Source: a virus (Duplodnaviria; Caudoviricetes). From it: 64,000 nucleotides of DNA. The notes beneath the pieces are model-generated. The model made no database searches and had not been told where the DNA came from. It saw only the letters and a program-made list of their open reading frames with translations. The stretch is taken from the IMG/VR virus record IMGVR_UViG_3300028833_000071; one strand, given 5' to 3'. Both the position numbers and the translations under genes were made by a program. Of the stretch, positions 46,287 to 56,732 are shown piece after piece. Position 1 is the first letter of the stretch. Each line of letters starts with the position of its first letter.

Positions 46287-46400
46287 AAAAAAAGCGGGAA
46301 TGAACCCGCTTGAAAAAAAACGATTTGAATATACGGCGCTCGGTAACATTCTTAAGGTATACGCCCACTATATTAAATGTTTTTTCTCCAAATAAATATC
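46287..46400 (-). ncRNA. Candidate small structured RNA
   Basis: Variant late motif at 46392-46400; GC-rich stem AATATA..GGCG/CGCC..TATATT; terminator AAGCGGG/CCCGCTT plus T-run. Confidence 0.25.
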
Positions 46401-46454
46401 ACACTTTTTTAAAAAAATATTTTTTTGTATATTTTTTTTATAAAAATGTAAAAA

Positions 46455-47186
46455 ATGAAATATCAAGGAAACAAGAATAGAATTGTTAATGACATTTTAC
46501 CAATTCTTTTAAAAAATCGAAAAGAAAATCAATGGTATGTTGAACCTTTTTGTGGCAGTTGTTCTGTCATACAGAATGTTGATGGAAATAGGCTTGCTTC
46601 TGATAAAAATAAGTATCTGATTGCGATGTGGAAATCATTGGTTGACGGAAAGAAAATGCCAACGAATATACCAAAGGAGTATTATGATGATGTTAGGGAT
46701 TGTTTTCATGGTAAAAATAATAATTATACTGATGATATAATTGGATGGGTTGGATATATGGCTTCTTTTAATGGTAGATTTTTTGATGGGGGATATTCAG
46801 GTCATAATGTTGTTGGTAAAAATGGTAAAACAAGGGATTATATTGCGGAGAATATTGCAAATACATTAAAACAACCTCAATATCTTAAAGATGTTGTATT
46901 TAATAGTGGTGATTATGATACAATTGAAATACCCGATAATTCGATAATATATTGTGACCCGCCGTATAAAAACACAAAACAATATCAATTTTCAAGAGAT
47001 TTTGACTATGATAAATTTTATTCATGGTTAATAGAAATGTTTAAAAAGGGCCATGAAGTATATATATCTGAGTATTCAATGCCGGATAATTTTGAGTGTA
47101 TTTGGTCAAAAGAAGTTACCAATGCTATGAATCCAACAATAACTAAGCAAACGGTTGAAAAATTATTTATACCTAAAGAGAAATAA
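46455..47186 (+). CDS. DNA adenine methyltransferase (D12/Dam class)
   Basis: KYQGNK, YVEPFCGSCSV (motif I), IYCDPPY (motif IV). Confidence 0.88.
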   Translation: MKYQGNKNRIVNDILPILLKNRKENQWYVEPFCGSCSVIQNVDGNRLASDKNKYLIAMWKSLVDGKKMPTNIPKEYYDDVRDCFHGKNNNYTDDIIGWVGYMASFNGRFFDGGYSGHNVVGKNGKTRDYIAENIANTLKQPQYLKDVVFNSGDYDTIEIPDNSIIYCDPPYKNTKQYQFSRDFDYDKFYSWLIEMFKKGHEVYISEYSMPDNFECIWSKEVTNAMNPTITKQTVEKLFIPKEK

Positions 47187-47188
47187 TT

Positions 47189-47803
47189 ATGGCACAAGAT
47201 TGGAATGGAAATAAAAACAGTATTTTTAAAACCTTAGGGGCTTCAAATCACACTGACAAAGAACGAGAAATTGATGATTTTTATGCAACGGACCCAATAG
47301 CAATAGATAAATTGTTGGCCGTTACCGAATTACCTAAAAACAAAATAATATGGGAGTGTAGCTGTGGGCAAGGGCATTTGTCCGAAAGGTTAATAGAGTA
47401 TGGTTATCAAGTAATGTCAAGTGATTTGATTGACAGAGGTTATGGCCAATCCGGAGTAGATTTTTTAAAGACATCATCAGGAAATTTTGAAAATATTTGC
47501 ATATTAACAAATCCACCATATAAATATCACAAGGAATTTATACGACATGCTTTGGATATATTGCCGGATAATACACCCGCAATATTTTTGTTAAAAACAA
47601 CTGCACTTGAAGGTAAGGGCCGTTATGAAGAATTTTATAAAAAAGGCTATCTTAAGTATATATATCAATTCTCAGAAAGACTTTTGTGTGCTAAAAACGC
47701 TAAGTTTGACGAGATGAAGGCGGGCGGTGGTTCAGCTGTCTCATATGCATGGTTTTGGTTTGAAAAAGGTAATAAAAATGATACCATAATAAAATGGATT
47801 TAA
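47189..47803 (+). CDS. N6-adenine DNA methyltransferase-like protein
   Basis: DDFYAT, WECSCGQGHL, SSDLIDRGYG, DFL, TNPPY. Confidence 0.8.
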   Translation: MAQDWNGNKNSIFKTLGASNHTDKEREIDDFYATDPIAIDKLLAVTELPKNKIIWECSCGQGHLSERLIEYGYQVMSSDLIDRGYGQSGVDFLKTSSGNFENICILTNPPYKYHKEFIRHALDILPDNTPAIFLLKTTALEGKGRYEEFYKKGYLKYIYQFSERLLCAKNAKFDEMKAGGGSAVSYAWFWFEKGNKNDTIIKWI

Positions 47804-49392
47804 TGGAAAAAGTTAACTTTAGTGAAGAGCAAAAGGCAATATTTGATTTTGCCGAACATGGTATTCCTAATATGATTGTTCAGGCGGTTGCAGGCGCAGG
47901 AAAAACGACAACCCTTGTTGAGTGTGCTAATAGGATAAAATCCTCCAAACGCATCATGTTATTGGCTCATAATAAGTCAACTAGGGATACATTGCGTCAA
48001 AAAATTGGTGATAAAAATAATATAAAAGTTTTTACAATCCATGGTTTGGCATACAGAATGTTTATGGAACATTTTGAATTTGAGCCCAATATAGACAATG
48101 ACAAGTACAGAAATTACATAAACAAGAATATTGATGTAATTGGAAGTGAAGACTATCATTCACTTTCGGGTAATGCCAAAATGATGTATAAGTCAAATGT
48201 TTTTGATTTGATAGACAAGGCTCGGCATAACTTGAAAAAATCGGAGCGTGAGTTAAAAAGACTTGCTGAAAAAAAGTATAATATGACTCTAATAGCAGAT
48301 GAATGCTCGTTTGTGAATAAGATACTTGAATGGGGTTATCAAACAACTGATATTGTCGATTTTCAAGATTTATTGTGGTATCCAAGCCAATATGCTTATT
48401 ATACTAAAAAGTACTTATCTGATATTATAATGCTTGATGAGGCACAAGATGCGTCATTGGCCCAACAAGATATTATAAGTCGATGTTTTAAAAGAGAAAC
48501 CAGAATGTTTTCGTTTGGTGATAAAAATCAGTCAATCAATTCTTGGTGTGGCTCGGATACAGAATCATTTGAGCATTTAAAGGATACAACTCAGTTTAGA
48601 CGAGAAGCTGTTGAATTTCCGTTAACAACCAATTATAGATGTGGTACTAAAATTATTGAATATGCTAAACAATATGTTAATAATAACATACAAGCAAGAG
48701 AGGGTGCGCCTGAAGGCGAGATAAATTTTGATGCGCATGTAAATGACATTAAAAATGGTGATATGGTTTTATGTCGAAATATATCTCCATTGATGGAATT
48801 TTATAGAATTGGTGTTTCACAGGGGAAAAAAATGCACTTTAAAGGAGAAGAACTTGGAAAATCTTTGATAACGGCAATTGATTGTTCTTATGGTAATACA
48901 CCAAAAGAAATAATTGACAGCCTTAAGCATAGACTTATTGCAACTTGGGATTTTCTTACGGAAGAGAGTGGACTTGATAAAAAAGAAACCATGACAAATT
49001 CTATGATAATTTCGTTACTTGATAATATAAAAACAATTGAGAATTTTCCTAAAACAGTTGAAACACGAAATGATATTGAAAAGTTTATAAAAGAGGTGTT
49101 TTCAAATGAAGAAGAAGACGGTGTTGAATTATCCACAATACATAGAGCAAAAGGTCTTGAATCTGATAATGTTTTTATTATTTGTCCTTCATTGATACCA
49201 AGTAGACTTGCAGAAACTGATTGGGAAATAGAGGAAGAAAGACATCTTCAATATGTTATGTGCACAAGAGCCAAAAATACGCTTAATTTTGTGAGTGAAA
49301 AAGAAATAAAGCCAAAAGAATATTTTTCTGAAAAGAATACACTATTTAAAGAATTAGAAAAAATACGAGAGGAAATAAATTATGTTGTATAG
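47794..49392 (+). CDS. UvrD/Rep superfamily 1 helicase
   Basis: AVAGAGKTT, LDEAQD, GDKNQSI, NYRC, STIHRAKGLE, YVMCTRAK. Confidence 0.9.
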   Translation: MDLMEKVNFSEEQKAIFDFAEHGIPNMIVQAVAGAGKTTTLVECANRIKSSKRIMLLAHNKSTRDTLRQKIGDKNNIKVFTIHGLAYRMFMEHFEFEPNIDNDKYRNYINKNIDVIGSEDYHSLSGNAKMMYKSNVFDLIDKARHNLKKSERELKRLAEKKYNMTLIADECSFVNKILEWGYQTTDIVDFQDLLWYPSQYAYYTKKYLSDIIMLDEAQDASLAQQDIISRCFKRETRMFSFGDKNQSINSWCGSDTESFEHLKDTTQFRREAVEFPLTTNYRCGTKIIEYAKQYVNNNIQAREGAPEGEINFDAHVNDIKNGDMVLCRNISPLMEFYRIGVSQGKKMHFKGEELGKSLITAIDCSYGNTPKEIIDSLKHRLIATWDFLTEESGLDKKETMTNSMIISLLDNIKTIENFPKTVETRNDIEKFIKEVFSNEEEDGVELSTIHRAKGLESDNVFIICPSLIPSRLAETDWEIEEERHLQYVMCTRAKNTLNFVSEKEIKPKEYFSEKNTLFKELEKIREEINYVV

Positions 49393-49612
49393 TAGAAGAG
49401 CTAGACGCCAAAAAAAGAGGGATTCTGATAACGATAGTCTCTTTTTTTATACGGATAATAGCGTGGCAAAAATCGGACCTGTTCCATATTGCAATGATTG
49501 GGACATGGGAAGAAATGGTGCTTCTTATTTAAATGAACAATTATACATTTATGATAATAACATTGTTAAACTTGAGACAGCAAGTAGTTTAATGTATCGT
49601 TATAAAATTTAA
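49382..49612 (+). CDS. Hypothetical protein
   Basis: 76-aa ORF in operon. Confidence 0.5.
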   Translation: MLYSRRARRQKKRDSDNDSLFFYTDNSVAKIGPVPYCNDWDMGRNGASYLNEQLYIYDNNIVKLETASSLMYRYKI

Positions 49613-49625
49613 AAACTTAAAAAAA

Positions 49626-50339
49626 ATGAAAATATTAGCAACTTCAGATTTACATGGGTTTTTACCCGAAATAGGAGAACAATTTGATTTATTGTTAATT
49701 TGTGGCGATATATGCCCGGTTGAATGCCATAACAGAAAATTTCAAGACAAGTGGATACATGAGGATTTTATCCCATGGATAAATTCATTACCATACAAGG
49801 AAGAATGGTCAAAAGTTATTATGATACCAGGAAATCATGATTTTATTTTTGGAAAATATTCAAAAAAAGATTGTAATGAAATTGAAGAAAAATGTAATAA
49901 TAGCCTTAAAATTCTTAGGCATGAATTGTATGAATTTGAATTTTCTGTGAGTGACGGAATCGATTCTTTAAAGATATTTGGTACGCCTTATTGTACTATT
50001 TTCGGTAATTGGGCATTTATGTGTGAAAATGATGTTTTGGAGAAAAAATATTCTGAAATACCTGAAGATATTGATATTTTAATGTCCCATGATGCCCCTA
50101 ATGTTAATAAATTAGGGGCTATTACACAAGGAAACTATAAAAGTGATACAACAGGGAATCCATTATTATCTAAAGTAATTGAAAGAGTTAAGCCCAAAAT
50201 GTTTATTTGTGGCCATTTTCATAGCGGAAACCATGAATGGTCAAAGATAGGTGACACTTTATGCGCAAATGTTTCATATGTAAATGAAGAATATGAACCT
50301 TTTTGGGCAATTCAAACTATTTATCTTGATGAAGAATAA
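49626..50339 (+). CDS. Calcineurin-like metallophosphoesterase
   Basis: SDLHG, CGDI, PGNHD, SHDAP, CGHFH. Confidence 0.9.
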   Translation: MKILATSDLHGFLPEIGEQFDLLLICGDICPVECHNRKFQDKWIHEDFIPWINSLPYKEEWSKVIMIPGNHDFIFGKYSKKDCNEIEEKCNNSLKILRHELYEFEFSVSDGIDSLKIFGTPYCTIFGNWAFMCENDVLEKKYSEIPEDIDILMSHDAPNVNKLGAITQGNYKSDTTGNPLLSKVIERVKPKMFICGHFHSGNHEWSKIGDTLCANVSYVNEEYEPFWAIQTIYLDEE

Positions 50340-50357
50340 TAAATTAAAAATAAAAAT

Positions 50358-51266
50358 ATGTCAAAGAATTTTTTAAACGAAGTTAAGTCATTAATTAATA
50401 GAATGGAAAACCCTGAAACATTAAATGAGGCAAAGACAAATTTTAGATTTATTGAAAATCCGGAAAAACTTCCCGATATGCTTACGAGTCTTAAACCAGG
50501 TAAAATGTTTACATTTGGATATGTAACTGCTGCTTCGGTTGATTATCCAACAGTAAAGAAGAAAAACCCTGAAACAAACAGAATGAAAGCCTATAATGAT
50601 TATGAAACATTTGGGAAAAATCTTGGAGAAGAGGGTGAAATCGTAGGCGTTATTAAAGTCGCCATGTATAATTTTCCATGGCAAGAACAACAGGGTGTTA
50701 TTGATAGATATAATGATTGGAAAACTAAGAGAGACGAACTTGCTGCAAAATTTGGTGTTGAATATGGAAAAGCTAGATATGGTACTGAAATGAATGATTT
50801 TGGCAGTGGCCTTCAAAGTTATAAAGGTAATAATCAGGAACTTATGGGGAATACTTATTTGAATTTTATTTCACCAAATGAGATTAAGGCGTTTAAGAGT
50901 ACTTATTACTTATTATTTAAAGATGGTAGCATTAAAGAAGTCGATAAAAATAAATTAAAATTTAAAAATGCAAAACCTGCATATGATGCTCTTCAAAAAT
51001 TAAGAGACGCTGGCGCAACAGAAAAAGATTTGGAGGGCCTTGCCACAATGAATTATAAAAAATTTGAAAACTCACAAATTTTGTTTGTATCAGGAACTGA
51101 AATAGATGGCGTACCTACTCTTTTAATTAACGATAAATTATCGGATAAAATAAGTGGCATAACTGGCGCAAACCGTGAGGCTATCATTCAGATTGCAAAA
51201 GACAGGTATGCAGACGCTCTTAATGTACAAGAGGGTAAAGAAGCAGTTTTTGTTGAAGTTTTATAA
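50358..51266 (+). CDS. Putative virion protein (late-controlled gene inside an accessory operon)
   Basis: Late motif at 50316-50324 inside the upstream gene; N-terminal FLNE...TLNE sites. Confidence 0.6.
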   Translation: MSKNFLNEVKSLINRMENPETLNEAKTNFRFIENPEKLPDMLTSLKPGKMFTFGYVTAASVDYPTVKKKNPETNRMKAYNDYETFGKNLGEEGEIVGVIKVAMYNFPWQEQQGVIDRYNDWKTKRDELAAKFGVEYGKARYGTEMNDFGSGLQSYKGNNQELMGNTYLNFISPNEIKAFKSTYYLLFKDGSIKEVDKNKLKFKNAKPAYDALQKLRDAGATEKDLEGLATMNYKKFENSQILFVSGTEIDGVPTLLINDKLSDKISGITGANREAIIQIAKDRYADALNVQEGKEAVFVEVL

Positions 51267-51318
51267 GAAAAAGTTTATTTTTAATTTTTTTTGTATATTA
51301 AAGAAAAACTTTATTTTT

Positions 51319-52137
51319 ATGATTAACAAAGAAGATAGATTAAAATTATTTGTCAATGAACTTAATGACATAACAGAAGAAAACATAAAAAAGTTTGCTG
51401 AGGAACTTATTTCAAATGCAGATGAGTATTTTTTTATTGTACCCGCTTCAACTAGTGGCAAATATCATCCGCAATTTGACCTTGGCGATGGTGGTCTTGT
51501 AAGGCATACAAGATGTGTTGTTTTCTTTGCCCAATGTGAGGCAATTTCAAGAATGTTTAGTGAACACGAAACTAATTTACTTATTGTGGCAGCAATTGCC
51601 CATGATATAAAGAAACTTGGCGACGGAAAAGGAAAACATACAGTTGATGACCACCCAATTCATGCTGCTAAATATGTTAAAACCATGAACGAAAAAACCA
51701 AATTATTAAATGCTGATGATGAAAAGACAATTTTGCATATGGTTTTGTCTCATATGGGAAAATGGGGCCATGAAAAGGTATCAGCATTGCCATTGCCATC
51801 TACTGATTTGGAAAAGGCTTTGCAGGCGGCTGATTATATTGCAAGCAGAAAGGAATTGCTTGGTTTTGACTTTAAACCGACAGAAAAAGTCGAAATTATT
51901 AAAGAAGAAGTGAAACCATCTGATTTTATTATTAATTTTGGAAAATTCTCAGGCAAGACAATTAAGGAGGCTTATGAAGCAGGTAAACCTGATGATACAT
52001 ATCTTCATTGGATGATGAGACAAACGGAGTTTAATAACCAAGAAACACGTTTAATGGGTATGAAATATCTCAATGAGATTGGCAAACTTCCAAAAGAATA
52101 TTTAAAAGAAATTGAAGGAAATAATTTTGTTATATAA
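51319..52137 (+). CDS. HD-domain phosphohydrolase
   Basis: PASTSGKYHP, GGLVRHT, AHDIKK, HPIH, SHMGKW, ADYIAS; ATG 51319 preferred. Confidence 0.85.
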   Translation: MINKEDRLKLFVNELNDITEENIKKFAEELISNADEYFFIVPASTSGKYHPQFDLGDGGLVRHTRCVVFFAQCEAISRMFSEHETNLLIVAAIAHDIKKLGDGKGKHTVDDHPIHAAKYVKTMNEKTKLLNADDEKTILHMVLSHMGKWGHEKVSALPLPSTDLEKALQAADYIASRKELLGFDFKPTEKVEIIKEEVKPSDFIINFGKFSGKTIKEAYEAGKPDDTYLHWMMRQTEFNNQETRLMGMKYLNEIGKLPKEYLKEIEGNNFVI

Positions 52138-52174
52138 ACTTTTTTCTGTATATTCTTGTTATAAAATCAAAAAA

Positions 52175-52714
52175 ATGAGAAATTTTCCTGTTAAAATAGA
52201 AGATAAAGAATATTGGATAAGTCGTTCTTGTGCTGTTGTCGGCATTGTGTATAAGACAGATGGGAATGGTGATGTTATTAGTTTATTGGCCAATAAAAGA
52301 GGTATTGGCTGTCCCGATTATATAGGAAAATGGAATTTACCGTGTGGCTATTTGGATTATTATGAAACATTGAGACAAGCTGTTTCAAGAGAAGTACATG
52401 AAGAAACTGGTCTTGATATTCCTTATTATGTATGGAAATTGTGGTATGTCAATAGCGACCCAAATGATGAAAAGCAAACAGTTTCTTTTAGATTTATCAC
52501 CAAATTTGAAGAAGACTATGGGTCTTTTAATACAGATTTTTCGGAGCCAAATGAGGTTGAAGAAGTTAAATGGATTCCCGTAGATGAAATCTATAATTAT
52601 GAATGGGCCTTTAATCAACAAGAAGTTATTGGTGATTTTTTATTTACAATGAATAATCTTAAAATTATGGGAAAAATGGGTGTTGAACCCAATCTTAATA
52701 CAGTAATTTACTAA
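52175..52714 (+). CDS. Nudix hydrolase
   Basis: Nudix box GYLDYYETLRQAVSREVHEETGL; ATG 52175 preferred. Confidence 0.9.
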   Translation: MRNFPVKIEDKEYWISRSCAVVGIVYKTDGNGDVISLLANKRGIGCPDYIGKWNLPCGYLDYYETLRQAVSREVHEETGLDIPYYVWKLWYVNSDPNDEKQTVSFRFITKFEEDYGSFNTDFSEPNEVEEVKWIPVDEIYNYEWAFNQQEVIGDFLFTMNNLKIMGKMGVEPNLNTVIY

Positions 52715-52725
52715 AAATTGTTATC

Positions 52726-52938
52726 ATGGGAAAAACTTACACACTTGACGAATTTAGAAATTTTGTTAAAAAAGAGGACCCATTTAAAATGGACCGTTTT
52801 GATATGGAGCATGGTAAGGCCTCTATACATAGATGCAATCTTGACAAATATTTAGAGAAGTATGCTTGTCGAGATGAAGAAGACCTTGGTGATACATTAT
52901 GGTATTCATACGGATGTTTAATTAAAATAATTGATTAA
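52726..52938 (+). CDS. Hypothetical protein
   Basis: 70-aa ORF. Confidence 0.6.
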   Translation: MGKTYTLDEFRNFVKKEDPFKMDRFDMEHGKASIHRCNLDKYLEKYACRDEEDLGDTLWYSYGCLIKIID

Positions 52939-52963
52939 TTTAAAATTTAAAAAATTATAATTT

Positions 52964-54109
52964 ATGTCACAAGTATTTTTAAGAAGAGGTGATTTTTATT
53001 CACAGACTGAAGGTAATTTCGATGTAATGCCAAATCTTGATGATGGCATATATCAGATACATCAAAACCCAATGACAGGGGAAATATTCCTTGAAAGAAT
53101 TGCTGATGAGTTTTTCTTTGGTTTTAAACTTTATGGCGTTGATGAAGTTTTTGTTGACCATGTTCTTAACACATACAACAAACAATCTTCAAAGCATAAC
53201 ATTGGTGTACTTTTGAATGGTGCAAAGGGTACAGGAAAAACAGTTACAGCTAAATTGTTATGTAATAAACTTGGTTTACCTGTTATTATAATAGATAGGC
53301 CCCTTAATGGCCTTGCTAATTTTTTGGCTAGTATTCACCATGATTGTGTCTATTTGTTTGATGAGTTTGAAAAAAATTTCAGACTTATTGATAAAGACGG
53401 TGAAGAACAAGCGGGGGAAAATTTACTTTCTATAATGGATGGCGTGTATAATGGTGAAAATTGTCACATCTTCATTATGACTACAAATGAGTTAAGAGTT
53501 AACAGCAATCTTTTGAGTAGACCGTCAAGAATTAGATACCTAAAGACTTTTGAAGATGTAATTGATAGACGAGTTCTTGAAGAATTTATTGATGATAATT
53601 TGAAATATCCTGAGTATAAACAAGAAATAATTGATTTCTTTGAAACATTGACTATTGGTACAATTGATATTCTTCAAAGTATAGTTGATGAAGTCAATCT
53701 ACATAACTGTGGTATTGATGAATTTAAGAAATTTTTCAATGTCAAAGAAGCTAAATACATTTATCAATGTAAATTTTGGACTGAAGATAAAGATACACCT
53801 AAAACCAAAAAGACAACACTTGAAGAGTTTGTTAAAAGGGCAAAAGCCCCTTATGGCAAATTTTCATGGTCGCCAAGTTATAATACCCTTGTATTGGAAA
53901 AAAACATTAAAAAATATAAGGTTGGCGATGTAATTAATAATAGGTGGATTATTAAAGAATTGCATTTAGATAAAAATACTATTATAGTGGATGATACACG
54001 TTATCAAAGCATTGCGTTTTACTTTTTTGAAAATATAGACGAGAAACCAAGTCTTTATGATATAACACACAGAGAAACTTATGGTTATGAATATGATTAC
54101 TATAACTAA
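52964..54109 (+). CDS. AAA+ ATPase
   Basis: GAKGTGKT, LFDEFEK, LLSIMDG, MTTN, RPSRIRY. Confidence 0.88.
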   Translation: MSQVFLRRGDFYSQTEGNFDVMPNLDDGIYQIHQNPMTGEIFLERIADEFFFGFKLYGVDEVFVDHVLNTYNKQSSKHNIGVLLNGAKGTGKTVTAKLLCNKLGLPVIIIDRPLNGLANFLASIHHDCVYLFDEFEKNFRLIDKDGEEQAGENLLSIMDGVYNGENCHIFIMTTNELRVNSNLLSRPSRIRYLKTFEDVIDRRVLEEFIDDNLKYPEYKQEIIDFFETLTIGTIDILQSIVDEVNLHNCGIDEFKKFFNVKEAKYIYQCKFWTEDKDTPKTKKTTLEEFVKRAKAPYGKFSWSPSYNTLVLEKNIKKYKVGDVINNRWIIKELHLDKNTIIVDDTRYQSIAFYFFENIDEKPSLYDITHRETYGYEYDYYN

Positions 54110-54117
54110 AAGGAGAA

Positions 54118-55524
54118 GTGGAAATGGTTAATTTGTTAAATCAACTTAAAAACAATGGGCTTCTATGGCTTTACTTTGGAACTTTAATTAGTTCAGACAA
54201 TATTTTAACCGTGGAAGATTGTGATAGGTCAATAGAACTTTTAAAGCAGACTAAAAAAGCCATTCCAAATTCAGAAATTTCTGAAGAAGAAAAAAAAGAA
54301 TTGCTTCAATTTTGTGATAATGGAATTAAAATTTGCGAAGCGGATAAAAATAATTTTTTAAAGGAAAAAAGAAATATGAATAATATTGGCACTATTAGTA
54401 TGGGCGTAAAAGCTCCTTTAATTAAAGAAGGTGACGATATTGTCGAAATTGTGACAAATTCAATCCTTGATGCGACAAGAGTAAATGGTGAAGTGGGTGT
54501 ATATTATGATTTGGACCATAATGATATTATTGGAATTACTGAATCAGTTGTTGCCCGTTCTCAGGGAAATTATGTGACCATTGATGAAATTGCTGACGAG
54601 ATTAAAACTAAATATGGTAAATATGCAATAATTGATGTCATTGAGCCGATTTATTCAAGAAATAGATTTGCCATGATATTAAAAGGTATCGCAAGAGGGG
54701 CTAAAAAGGTTAGAATTTTAATGCCACTAGTCGACGAAGTTGGCAATGTGCTCCATAATCATCCATTTACAAAGATGAATTATGATGAATATTATAAGGA
54801 AATTTGTGAAAATGAAGATTGTGAAGTTGAGATTTATAATGATATAGACTATTTGCAAAATGAAGAAAACCTTAATATTTTATTCTGTTATTTACATGTT
54901 TCCAATGAAGAAGCATTAAAGACATTTAATATGAATATAAATGGTTCTGTATCACATTGTTATTCTTTAACTGATATATGCAGTGATAAATGTGAATATG
55001 GCCTTCTTGGTTCAAATAAAGCCACTGAAGAAAAACTTAAACTTTTCCCAAGAAAGAAAGATTTAATTATTAACGGTAAATTGAATAAAGGTTCTGACCG
55101 TATTGTTGAAGAAATCAAGGAAAAAATTTTGGAGAAAACAGGCGCTGATGTAATTGTGACTGTATATGGCGATGGATGTTATAGAGATGCAATTTTTGGT
55201 ATATGGGAATTTGCAGACCCTGTGTCATTGGTTTCATACACAGATGCTAATATTATTGAGTCAACACCAAATGAGACAAAGATTAAATATATTATAGATA
55301 ATAAGTTTTCAAATTTAAATGGTGCTGAACTTGAGGAAGCAGTTAAAAATGAATTAAATGAAAATCAAAAGAAAGATTTAAAAGGTAATATGATTAGTCA
55401 AGGCACAACACCAAGAATGTATCGTGATTTAATTGCTTCACTTATGGATTTAACTACTGGTTCAGGTGGAAAGGGTACTCCATTGACATTAATTAAAAAT
55501 TACTTTAATAATTATTCAAATTAA
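54118..55524 (+). CDS. CofE-like (F420-0:gamma-glutamyl ligase family) protein with N-terminal extension
   Basis: MGVKAPLIKEGDDI, ITESVVARSQGN, VYGDG, DLTTGSGGKGTP; domain begins at internal ATG 54376. Confidence 0.75.
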   Translation: MEMVNLLNQLKNNGLLWLYFGTLISSDNILTVEDCDRSIELLKQTKKAIPNSEISEEEKKELLQFCDNGIKICEADKNNFLKEKRNMNNIGTISMGVKAPLIKEGDDIVEIVTNSILDATRVNGEVGVYYDLDHNDIIGITESVVARSQGNYVTIDEIADEIKTKYGKYAIIDVIEPIYSRNRFAMILKGIARGAKKVRILMPLVDEVGNVLHNHPFTKMNYDEYYKEICENEDCEVEIYNDIDYLQNEENLNILFCYLHVSNEEALKTFNMNINGSVSHCYSLTDICSDKCEYGLLGSNKATEEKLKLFPRKKDLIINGKLNKGSDRIVEEIKEKILEKTGADVIVTVYGDGCYRDAIFGIWEFADPVSLVSYTDANIIESTPNETKIKYIIDNKFSNLNGAELEEAVKNELNENQKKDLKGNMISQGTTPRMYRDLIASLMDLTTGSGGKGTPLTLIKNYFNNYSN

Positions 55525-55525
55525 A

Positions 55526-55963
55526 ATGAGAGAAAATTATTTAAAACCCGATAAGGATTTAATTGAGGAAATATGCCAAAAATACGGAGAAAGCGTAAGA
55601 GAAGCAGTAACAAAGGCAGTTGCTTCAAAAAATATTGATTTTCAAAAGACGCATAAACCGATTTATGAAATTGAAGATTATAAAAAGTATTACAGGCATT
55701 TGATACAATTGAATCCGAATGTTGCAATGTTGATACATTTATTTCAAAAAGATAATGATGATTCATGGGAATCTGTATGGCTTAATGATAACGAACAACA
55801 TTCAGCAGTTGAATATGACTGTATGAGAGAATCAGCCCATCAGCTAATACTTCAATTAGAAGGACATTGGTGTGATTTGTTTATTGAGGCACTTAGGGAT
55901 GAATGTGATAAAATTCTTAAAGAATCCGCTATTCAACAAAATAAAATGAAAAATAAAAAATAA
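55526..55963 (+). CDS. Hypothetical protein
   Basis: 145-aa ORF in operon. Confidence 0.65.
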   Translation: MRENYLKPDKDLIEEICQKYGESVREAVTKAVASKNIDFQKTHKPIYEIEDYKKYYRHLIQLNPNVAMLIHLFQKDNDDSWESVWLNDNEQHSAVEYDCMRESAHQLILQLEGHWCDLFIEALRDECDKILKESAIQQNKMKNKK

Positions 55964-55965
55964 CG

Positions 55966-56367
55966 ATGATAATAACTGAATACAATTTAAAAGACAACGA
56001 AAAACTTTCTTCAAAAGAAGAAATAGAAAAGGATTATCCTGTTGTACATGATTTTCTTGAGTTTTTTAGTCAACAATATGTAATAACCAAAAACGAGGAA
56101 AAAGGTATTTATAAAATCCATCTTTTCACTGACAATTATGAATATACAATAATTGTATTTGAAAACTATTGTGGCGGTTTTACAACAGTGAGAAAACATG
56201 GCATAATGGAAAATTGGGACCGTGGTAATGATTTAGTTGACGGTGTACCATCACAGCAACTATTCACCAAGATAGCATTGTATATGATTAAAAATGAATT
56301 AATTGGACTTGGCGAAATTGAGTTTAAAAATTCGAATGAAATCTTTGGCCCAGAAGTAACTAAATAG
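55966..56367 (+). CDS. Hypothetical protein
   Basis: 133-aa ORF in operon. Confidence 0.65.
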   Translation: MIITEYNLKDNEKLSSKEEIEKDYPVVHDFLEFFSQQYVITKNEEKGIYKIHLFTDNYEYTIIVFENYCGGFTTVRKHGIMENWDRGNDLVDGVPSQQLFTKIALYMIKNELIGLGEIEFKNSNEIFGPEVTK

Positions 56368-56370
56368 AAA

Positions 56371-56703
56371 ATGGAAAATAACTTTTTAATGGAAAAGCCT
56401 AACAATGAAAGGCTTAAACACTGTATGGTAAAGATATTCAAAGGAGTATCAATGCACGATTATATAACGGATTCAACATATAATGATTGGTGCAGTTTCT
56501 ATTTTCCCGAAGGCATAAAAGAAAAACTTGTTGATGATGAATATTATAAGGTGTGGTTTCAATACCATGAAGCGTCAGACCCTATGGATTCTTCTTGCCA
56601 ATATACAATCAACTATATAGAAGTGTGCAGGGAAGATATTAAACAATATTTGATGGAAAAAGAAAAATTCGAACCATTAATAATTGATTATCTGAAAAAA
56701 TAA
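56371..56703 (+). CDS. Hypothetical protein
   Basis: 110-aa ORF in operon. Confidence 0.65.
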   Translation: MENNFLMEKPNNERLKHCMVKIFKGVSMHDYITDSTYNDWCSFYFPEGIKEKLVDDEYYKVWFQYHEASDPMDSSCQYTINYIEVCREDIKQYLMEKEKFEPLIIDYLKK

Positions 56704-56732
56704 TTGTATATTTAATAAAAAACAAATAAGTT

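Noticed and set aside
51175-51318. Long N-terminal extensions in the ORF track (also 52112, 58089, 35755, 29238)
   Set aside because: They run through AT-rich intergenic or promoter sequence or overlap upstream genes; downstream ATGs fit better.
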